From positions 2,496,001-2,560,000 of the forward strand of contig CAXXKT010000001.1 of assembly GCA_963662405.2 (NCBI GenBank): DNA of 64,000 nt. The letters run 5' to 3'. The position numbers and the translations under genes are program-made. Below the pieces are notes generated by a model. It was not told the DNA's origin. It did not search any database and worked only from the letters and a program-made list of their open reading frames with translations. This document shows, piece after piece, positions 56,834-64,000 of the stretch (positions are counted from its first letter, which is position 1; each line of letters starts with the position of its first letter). The stretch is from Syntrophales bacterium (GTDB taxonomy: Bacteria; Desulfobacterota; Syntrophia; Syntrophales; UBA2210).

Positions 56834-58714
56834 GTGTGCCCGGCATGGGCAGCAGCTTGGAGGTGAGAGTCCTCTACAGGTCCTGATGGTGGAAACTGTT
56901 AGCCGAGGGCAAGGGCGTCCATCGCGAGGTGGGGTCTGAAGGAAGCCGGAGGCAAAATCCCGATCCGAGGAACACGAATCGCATATCAGGCTGTATCATT
57001 GGGGCGAGCTTACGTGAGAAGGCGAAGCCCGTAGCCATCAAACGGTGATGCAGTAAATGCGGCGGATGCGGGGTGAAGGCGGCTGTTCTTACCCGGGGAG
57101 GTCTGGGAACCTGTCGGAGACGACAAGGGGTTTCGCAAGGGACTCTGAACGGTTTCCAGAAGTCAGCAGAGGCCGTATTAGGTGTGGCGCAAGCCGGGCT
57201 GAAGGGCCGAACGTGTGGTCGGTGGTGAGACTCAAGGATTCGTGGTCGTGGAGATGCGGCAACTTTCATTATTCGATGAAGGCCTTCTGTCATGTTTGAA
57301 GGGTGAAGCCCCGAGGAGAGATGGGAGGAGGTATCAAGCGGCGGCGGCATTGGAGAGATCCGAACCCATCATGGTTGACCTGATGCAGGAGGTAGTGAAC
57401 AGGGAGAACGTGATTCGCGCATGGAAACGAGTCAGGGCGAACAAGGGGAGCCCCGGCATTGACGGGATGACCGTCGATGAACTGACGGATTACCTGCGGG
57501 AACACTGGCCGCGGATTCGGGAGGAGTTGTTGACAGGGGAGTATCGCCCCCAACTGGTGAAAGAAGTAGTGATTCCGAAGCCGGGAGGCGGGACCAGACG
57601 GCTTGGTATCCCCACGGTGACGGATCGATTTATCCAGCAGGCAATTTTGCAGGTGCTCGATCCCCTGTATGATCCGACCTTTTCGGACTACAGTTATGGC
57701 TTTCGTCCTCGTCGCCGTGCTCATCAGGCGGTGAACCGAGCGAAGAGATGCATATCTGAAGGATACGAATGGGTGGTCGATATTGACCTGGAGAAGTTTT
57801 TTGACCGGGTGAACCATGACATCCTCATGGGGAGACTGGCCAAGAGGATCGGTGACAAGCGCATTCTCCGGGTTATTCGTCGGTATGTGCAGGCCGGGAT
57901 CATGGTCAATGGGGCCGTACAGGAAAGGTGGGAAGGGACGCCGCAGGGCGGACCCTTATCGCCGCTGCTGGGCAACATTCTTCTGGACGCACTGGACAAG
58001 GAGTTGGAACGGAGGGGTCACCGATTCTGCCGGTATGCGGACGATGTGAACATCTATGTCAAGTCTCAGCGCGCCGGGAAGAGGGTGTTTGAATCCATTG
58101 AGGCATTTTTGCTCAAGCGGTTGAAGCTTCGGGTGAACCGGGACAAGAGTGCGGTAGCCCGATACCATGAGCGGGGATTCTTAGGATTCGGCTTTACCTC
58201 CGGGAAACTCCTCAAGATCAAGCTGACGGGCAAGGCCCTGAGGAACTTCCGGGACCGAGTCCGGGCGATCACGAGGCGATCTCGGCGCGTCTCCATCAAC
58301 CGGATAATCGAGGAACTCCAGACGTATTTGAGAGGATGGATCGGGTATTTTCATCTGATCGAGACGTGGACGATTCTGCGGGATCTGGATAGTTGGATGC
58401 GCAGGAGGTTGCGGTGTTTCATGGTCAAACAATGGGTAAACAACTGCCATACCCGTTATAAGAACCTGATCCATCTGGGAGTAGGGAAAGATCAGGCGCG
58501 TATCGCGGCAGGGTCAAGCAAAGGACCTTGGGCGTTGTCCAACATGAAACCGCTGAAGATTGCTTTGTCCAATCGGTTTTTTGCCGAACGGGGTTTTCTT
58601 GGACTCTGGGGTCAGGCTCAAACATTGGGCAAGACTACATGAACCGCCGTGTACGGACCCGTATGCCCGGTGGTGTGGGAGGGCGAAGGCCGTGAGGCCT
58701 TCCCCTATCCCGAT
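56834..58714 (+). mobile_element. Group II intron, bacterial class C (IIC)
   Basis: 5' end GTGTGCCCGGCATGG; domain V GAACCGCCGTGTACGGACCCGTATGCCCGGTGGTGT; domain VI ending CTATCCCGAT; inserted after a hairpin. Confidence 0.92.
57254..58642 (+). CDS. ltrA: Group II intron reverse transcriptase/maturase, no endonuclease domain (start uncertain)
   Basis: NKGSPGIDG, RLGIPTVTDR, GTPQGGPLSP, RYADD, RGWIGYF. Confidence 0.95.
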   Translation: MRQLSLFDEGLLSCLKGEAPRRDGRRYQAAAALERSEPIMVDLMQEVVNRENVIRAWKRVRANKGSPGIDGMTVDELTDYLREHWPRIREELLTGEYRPQLVKEVVIPKPGGGTRRLGIPTVTDRFIQQAILQVLDPLYDPTFSDYSYGFRPRRRAHQAVNRAKRCISEGYEWVVDIDLEKFFDRVNHDILMGRLAKRIGDKRILRVIRRYVQAGIMVNGAVQERWEGTPQGGPLSPLLGNILLDALDKELERRGHRFCRYADDVNIYVKSQRAGKRVFESIEAFLLKRLKLRVNRDKSAVARYHERGFLGFGFTSGKLLKIKLTGKALRNFRDRVRAITRRSRRVSINRIIEELQTYLRGWIGYFHLIETWTILRDLDSWMRRRLRCFMVKQWVNNCHTRYKNLIHLGVGKDQARIAAGSSKGPWALSNMKPLKIALSNRFFAERGFLGLWGQAQTLGKTT

Positions 58715-59008
58715 TTCACAATCACTCTGTCTGACATTTGTGACAGGCCCGGCATGCTCTGGTGCCCAGTTCGTTGAGATGGACCGCCATTGTCTCCGCA
58801 CCGGCCTTTGAGGTCCCCCGTAAAACCTCGTTGACGGTGGCGTTTGTATTTGCTGGTCTTTCCTGGATTCTCCAGGGAAGCAACTATCTTTATTATGATA
58901 TCTCCTCTTTTGCGTCGTTACTATGAAACTGCCGTTTATGTAAAACTGCCGGGAAACGATCCCGCCTGATGCTGGAGTGATAGTGTCATGAGGCACATTG
59001 TCACCGAC

Positions 59009-61231
59009 TCACCGGGCCTCAACACGACAGGGAACGAAGCGGTGCATGGGGGTTCCCACAAAGTCCCGATTGGTGTTTTTCGTTATTCGGTTGATGTTGA
59101 CGCCGTATTTTACGCCGTCATAGACCAGACCGAAACCGTGCGGAATGACGACGTGGCCCTTTCGTGCATCGGTGGTGACCTCTGCTTCAAAGGTCTCATG
59201 GCCGGCTTCCGTGGTGACCCTGACCATTTGTTCATCGACGATGCCGAGAGCCTCCGCATCAGCGGGATGTATCGCCAGGGTGCAAGTCCTTTTACCTTTG
59301 TTCCACGCCGGGTCTCGCATGGCGGTATTGGCGTTCATGTCCATATGCCTTCCCGCCATCAGGATCAGCGGGAAATTTCCATCCGGCCTGAGCTGCTCTT
59401 CTTCCTCGTCGGGATTTATCTTCTTGATCCAATCCTCCACTTCCGGATTATGAAGCTGAATTTTCTTGGTCGGGGTCGATATATTGGCCTCCAGGTTCTT
59501 TTCCGGATCGCGTATCCCGACCAGTACCCCTTCCGGATGGTCCATGATGGCCCGATACAGGGACAGGCCCTGATCGGGTCCGGCAGGAAAACCGGCCTTG
59601 GCCGCCTCTTCCTGTCGCGTCTTGGATGGCAGCATAAACAAGGGAAAGATACTGGCCAGATGGGCCGAACCCAAGGCCGGGCCCAGTGTTTTCGCGACGA
59701 CAAAGTGCACAGCCCCGGCATTTTCCGGCGAAGCCGTCATAAATTCCCCCAATTTCTGCCCGTATGTCTTGAGGTCGCCACTTTTGGCCGCTTCGTACAG
59801 CACATCGGGAATCGGGGGGATGAGGCCCATGGCGTCGGCCAGCATGGTGAAGATCTCGGCATTTTCCTTCTGCTCTCCCTGGGCCTCCACCACGGGACCC
59901 CGCATCCGTGCGTAAACATTTTCGAACCCCGTGCCGGGATCCCCCTCCCAGGACTCGAAAGCCGTTTTGCAGGGAAGGACGTAATGGGACAGGGCGGCCG
60001 TTTCGGTCATGGCGATCTCAGCCACTACCAGCAGGTCGAGCATTTGAAAGGCCTTTTCATAGGCCGTCGTATCGGCATAGGACCGCAGGGGATTTGCGGC
60101 CCAGCAGAGGACGGCCCGCAGGCGCTCCGGATGATCATGCATAATTTCTTCCGGCAACACATTCGGCGGGAACATGCCGTTGATGGCGGGGATATCCGTC
60201 GATAAGGTCCTCCATACCTTTGGATCCCTGGGGTCCGACCTGGATCCACCGCCCTGCAGATAATTTCCGCCCGGCACGCCGAGGCGTCCGCAAATGGCCT
60301 GTAAGACGATCAGCAGATAGGACACCAGCGCGCTGTGCCGGTTCATCAATATACCGAGATCGTCAATAATGCTTGAACGGCGCGTGGCAAATTCCCGGCA
60401 GACCCTGACGACCGTGTCATAATCAAGCTCGCAGACCTTCAGCGCCGCCCTGATGTCGAAGCCGGCAAACCAGGGCAGGATCTCGTTGAAGCCGTCCGCA
60501 TGCCTGGCAATATATTCCGCGTTCTGGAGACCTTCCTCCAGAATGATGGCAATCATGGACTTGAGCAGGAGGGCGTCCGTGCCGGGACGGATGGCCAGAT
60601 GGATATCGGCGAGTCGGGCGGTTTCCGTGAGGCGCGGGTCCACGACGACCAGAAGCCGGTCCGGGTCTTTGGACATCTTCTGCAACCGGCGCGGCGCCTG
60701 AGGAAAATGATGGGCCATCATGGGATTCTTACCGATCAGTATCAACATGTCGCAGTTCTCAAAATCCTCTTCCATCTGGATATTTTGGCTTCCCAGGGTC
60801 AGACCGTGGGCCCAATACCGGCCGGAAAACTCCTGGTTCGCCGCGGAATAGTTCCACCGTGACCCGAGCCGCCGGACGAAGCGAACGGGAAAACCTATGC
60901 TTAAAAAGGCAAACTCCCCGCCGCCGACCATCGAAGCCAAAGATCGGGAACCGTGCTGAGCAAGGATGCCTTTAAGCTTTTCGGCAATCTCGCTGATGGC
61001 CTGATCCCAGGAGATCCGCTCAAATCTATCTCCCACCTTTTTCAGGGGATACCGCAGCCGGTCCTTGTTGTGCTGATGGTAAGCGACGTTCAGCCCTTTC
61101 CGGCAGACATATCCCTCACTGATGGGGCTGTTCTTGTCACCGCGGACCTTGACAATCCGGTTGTCTTCCACCTGGACTTCCAGTCCGCACCGGTTAGCGC
61201 ACAATACACAAGCTGTTTTCTTCCACGGCAT
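59009..61231 (-). CDS. Molybdopterin-dependent oxidoreductase, cytoplasmic
   Basis: CVLCANRC..C cluster, DRLRYPLK, VVVDPR, IRPGTD, IHPADA; no Tat signal. Confidence 0.92.
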   Translation of the reverse strand: MPWKKTACVLCANRCGLEVQVEDNRIVKVRGDKNSPISEGYVCRKGLNVAYHQHNKDRLRYPLKKVGDRFERISWDQAISEIAEKLKGILAQHGSRSLASMVGGGEFAFLSIGFPVRFVRRLGSRWNYSAANQEFSGRYWAHGLTLGSQNIQMEEDFENCDMLILIGKNPMMAHHFPQAPRRLQKMSKDPDRLLVVVDPRLTETARLADIHLAIRPGTDALLLKSMIAIILEEGLQNAEYIARHADGFNEILPWFAGFDIRAALKVCELDYDTVVRVCREFATRRSSIIDDLGILMNRHSALVSYLLIVLQAICGRLGVPGGNYLQGGGSRSDPRDPKVWRTLSTDIPAINGMFPPNVLPEEIMHDHPERLRAVLCWAANPLRSYADTTAYEKAFQMLDLLVVAEIAMTETAALSHYVLPCKTAFESWEGDPGTGFENVYARMRGPVVEAQGEQKENAEIFTMLADAMGLIPPIPDVLYEAAKSGDLKTYGQKLGEFMTASPENAGAVHFVVAKTLGPALGSAHLASIFPLFMLPSKTRQEEAAKAGFPAGPDQGLSLYRAIMDHPEGVLVGIRDPEKNLEANISTPTKKIQLHNPEVEDWIKKINPDEEEEQLRPDGNFPLILMAGRHMDMNANTAMRDPAWNKGKRTCTLAIHPADAEALGIVDEQMVRVTTEAGHETFEAEVTTDARKGHVVIPHGFGLVYDGVKYGVNINRITKNTNRDFVGTPMHRFVPCRVEAR

Positions 61232-61252
61232 GATCTTTTCTCCTATAAATCA

Positions 61253-61960
61253 TTAAGCGTTTTTGGGGATTTCGAGGAACGGCGCCAGATTCGGGCGGTG
61301 CCGCACGTCCGTCAGGACGGGATAGCGGAAGCCGTCCGCGTGCGTGTCCCCGAGGGCCTTCATCATCAAATCCACCTTGCTCTTCGGGATCGTGAAGATC
61401 ACTTCGTGGTCCTGGGTGGATCCGAAGACCCGATCGCCGCCGGATGGAAGGATGAACTGGTTTAGATCCGTCTTGATTGTTCTTGCCACAATGTCGCCGC
61501 AACTGCCCATGCCTGTCGCGACGGTCGGTGCCATACCCCCGCCGCCGTTGACCGCCGCCTGGGCCAGACGCATGGCCTGAGCGGAATTGACGTAAAGGCA
61601 GATCATTGCCGGATCGAAATCGGCCCGGTCGATGGGTGCCGAGACCAGAGAGGCGTATTTGCCCGGCTCATGCCGCTTCTCCTCGTCGCCGGGCCGCGCC
61701 CCGGGCGGATTGTCCAGAAAGCCCATGGTGGCGTGACCGCCGACGCAGCACTGATCCTCTTTTCCGACGGCGATGGTCCAGCCGTAGCGTCGGGACAGGG
61801 CCACGGCCTGGCAGAGGGCGATCTGATAACCCAGATCCTTGACGGGGGTTCTGACCTTGGCCGGGAGGGCTTCGTGGGCCGTGTACAGTTTGATGGCAAC
61901 AGAAAAGGTTTGAGGCCTGATATACGTATTTAATATGTCGCTGACGTGTTTTAAATCCAT
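61253..61960 (-). CDS. DUF169 family protein
   Basis: IALCQAVALSRRYGW, NSAQAMRL, SCGD, GDRVF. Confidence 0.8.
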   Translation of the reverse strand: MDLKHVSDILNTYIRPQTFSVAIKLYTAHEALPAKVRTPVKDLGYQIALCQAVALSRRYGWTIAVGKEDQCCVGGHATMGFLDNPPGARPGDEEKRHEPGKYASLVSAPIDRADFDPAMICLYVNSAQAMRLAQAAVNGGGGMAPTVATGMGSCGDIVARTIKTDLNQFILPSGGDRVFGSTQDHEVIFTIPKSKVDLMMKALGDTHADGFRYPVLTDVRHRPNLAPFLEIPKNA

Positions 61961-62058
61961 GGCATTCTCCCTTTTTTTGATAGACGAAACGCCTGCTCTC
62001 GCAGTGGCTTTTCGCTGGCCTTTTAACCGGCGATATGCCGGTGCCGCGGGGAATCTGT

Positions 62059-62769
62059 TTACTGAAAAGTCGGTAACCCCGAAGCCGTTCCAGCTTCCTT
62101 TTCTAAGATTCCAAAAGTCTTCATGAATTCTTCGGTTTTCTCCGGAGTGCCCTCAATCGTCAAGGTCTGAGCCAGGCGGCTCCGTTCAGAGCGGGGAGAT
62201 GTAAACACCGTTGCCCACGTTTCCGGCGTTGTCGTGACGGTGACATCGGCATGGGCATGGGCATGGGCATGGGCATGGGGATTCTCCTCCTTGCTGCTTG
62301 TCCAACCGTCATTACCGAAGGAAAGCGTGTACATCGCCTGAGGGAATCGCAGGGCCCATGTTGCCTGACGATTCAGTCGCTTCCCTCGTTTATTGAGATA
62401 AAAAATCAGTCCCCTCATCATTAAATCCGGATGCACAACCTCGCCGGGAAGGGGCGGCCGCATGGCCCACCGAATCCCCCAGGTAATAAGTGCCTCAACA
62501 ACAGGTGCCAGATCGCGACCGGCAGGAGTCAGGTCGTACCAGACTTCGCGTCGTCCGGGCTTGTTGTCGCGCACGACGATCCCCGCCGCTTCCAGATCCC
62601 GAAGGCGCTGGGTCAGCCATTTCGGCGTGATATTATTTAAATAGGCAAGGAGGTCCGTAAAACGTTGAGGTTCCCGCAAGAGATCGCGGATGATGAGCAA
62701 GGACCACTTATCGCCGATCTTCTCAAGCGCGCGGGCAACGGGACAAAAATGCCGATAAGATTGAGTCAT
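62059..62769 (-). CDS. HxlR-family regulator with SCP2-like C-terminus
   Basis: FCPVARALEKIGDKWSLLIIRDL, RLRDLE, YDLTPAG. Confidence 0.9.
   Translation of the reverse strand: MTQSYRHFCPVARALEKIGDKWSLLIIRDLLREPQRFTDLLAYLNNITPKWLTQRLRDLEAAGIVVRDNKPGRREVWYDLTPAGRDLAPVVEALITWGIRWAMRPPLPGEVVHPDLMMRGLIFYLNKRGKRLNRQATWALRFPQAMYTLSFGNDGWTSSKEENPHAHAHAHAHADVTVTTTPETWATVFTSPRSERSRLAQTLTIEGTPEKTEEFMKTFGILEKEAGTASGLPTFQ
62248..62277. repeat. (GGCATG)x5 in-frame tandem repeat encoding (HA)5
   Basis: Five exact copies seen in the sequence. Confidence 0.9.
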
Positions 62770-63007
62770 ACAGAAGTCCTTTACAAAGTATAGTATCTAA
62801 TAGATAGTAAAGCGTCGGTGATATGTCAATACAAATATTTGCTCATGGATTTTGTGTTCCATGTGCATTGGATCATCCCCTGACCGTCTGAAGAAATATC
62901 TCTTGACAAGATATCGTCTGAGGGTTAGTCGGGTCAGGGTGTCTATTGTTCCCGTCGGGGTTTCTTTGAAGACCCCGATACCTGATGAAACAGAGAACCG
63001 TTTCCAT

Positions 63008-64000
63008 ATGCACAGACTCGAATCCATTATCCGAATATTTACATTTTCTCTGATTCTGGGGTCTTGTATTCGGATAGGTGGCGTCCTCGGTTCGGTGTTG
63101 GCCTTCTCAACGAAGCGCTATCGCCTTGCTTCATTTGGATGTGCCTTGCTTGTGGCAGGGGTTCCCGGCTGCGCCTTGCCGCCCTCCATGGCAAGTATCG
63201 ATACCATCCTTGCCAAGGAAGGGAGAAGCGGTCTTATGCATTATGGGTACCGGTGCACGTCGGGCGCACACCGCGGCGCATCCGCTGAGTATAAAGAAAA
63301 CACCATGGCCGCATTGAAGGCCGCGGAGGAGGATAAAAAATATGCCTTCATAGAGTTCGATGTCCAGTACTCAAGGGACAAAAAGATCGTCGTCTATCAT
63401 GATAAAAGCATGATCAGGCTTTTTGGCAGCATGAAGCGGATAGGGGAGGCGACATCTGCCGAGCTGTCGAAGTTGTCAGGAGGGGAAATCGTCTCCTATG
63501 ATGAAGTCATCGGTCTCCTGCAGAAGAAACTGAACATTGAGATCAAGTCACAGGGAGACAGGGAGGAAGATGAACGATTGGTCGATGAGATCGTCGCGGA
63601 TATTCGGGCCCGCGAACGGGGCGACGATGTATTGATAAGCTCTATCTCAAGTGATGTCATCAGATACGTCAAGCGCACGTATCCCGGTATACTGACCGGG
63701 CAGGTGTTCTGGTTGACGGCTTCAACGTATCTGCGCTTCGATGGTCTGACGAAAAGACTGTACGACGATATCAACGCCAGCCACGCGGATTACCTCATGC
63801 TGCATGTGGCCAACCTGCGCAACATCGATGCCCTGCTGAAATTCAAACCCCGGGGGAAGACCATTGTCTTCTGGGATTTCGACGACTCGATATACATTGT
63901 CCATAGGGATCTCTCAGACCGGCTCTGGGGAGAATCCGGCCTCAGGACATTCCTACAAGCTGTACGCTATGGGCTTGCATCGCCCCCAGACCCACCACCC
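63008..64000 (+). CDS. Glycerophosphodiester phosphodiesterase family protein, 3'-truncated by window; not in the ORF track; start uncertain
   Basis: Manual translation: GAHRGASAEYKENT, IEFDVQ..VVYHD, NIEIK; possible lipobox VPGC. Confidence 0.85.
   Translation, partial: MHRLESIIRIFTFSLILGSCIRIGGVLGSVLAFSTKRYRLASFGCALLVAGVPGCALPPSMASIDTILAKEGRSGLMHYGYRCTSGAHRGASAEYKENTMAALKAAEEDKKYAFIEFDVQYSRDKKIVVYHDKSMIRLFGSMKRIGEATSAELSKLSGGEIVSYDEVIGLLQKKLNIEIKSQGDREEDERLVDEIVADIRARERGDDVLISSISSDVIRYVKRTYPGILTGQVFWLTASTYLRFDGLTKRLYDDINASHADYLMLHVANLRNIDALLKFKPRGKTIVFWDFDDSIYIVHRDLSDRLWGESGLRTFLQAVRYGLASPPDPPP

Noticed and set aside
57254..58642. Retron, DGR or defence-associated RT
   Set aside because: It is flanked by clear group II intron termini and domains V/VI; no template/variable repeat pair was seen.
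58748..58757. GCCCGGCATG matching the intron 5' end
   Set aside because: Only 10 bp with no further intron similarity; consistent with chance.

Overview
GC-rich bacterial chromosome segment. Gene content (ADP-forming acyl-CoA synthetases, NifJ-type PFOR, extended FolP, HDOD/GGDEF clusters, putative pan leader) suggests an anaerobic Desulfobacterota/Syntrophales-like organism; this is inference only. 1-27 kb holds accessory metabolism, transport and c-di-GMP signalling, including a TonB receptor-YfiR-hybrid kinase-REC/GGDEF/EAL operon. 27-43 kb is a housekeeping core (panB and DUF2520 gene; HAD-tilS-ftsH-folP-acpS-tsaE-lysC-comEA; tRNA-Pro/Leu; tig-clpP-clpX-lon; tRNA-Val/Asp). 43-64 kb is a mosaic: HD-GYP, GGDEF, Fe-S nitroreductase, yefM-yoeB, two IPTL-CTERM surface proteins, an MFS remnant, nifJ, a complete class IIC group II intron, an HxlR-DUF169-molybdoenzyme cluster and a partial GDPD. 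The most notable observation is a candidate ribosome-mediated attenuator upstream of nifJ: an unlisted 28-aa leader peptide in which half the residues are pyruvate-family amino acids (6 Val, all GTA; 5 Ala; 3 Leu), with protector, antiterminator and tandem terminators. Also notable: a paralogous covarying hairpin element upstream of two c-di-GMP genes, a 17-bp copy of the tRNA-Asp anticodon arm 11.9 kb downstream of the tRNA, and GGG(G)AC-type repeats bounding small cassettes.
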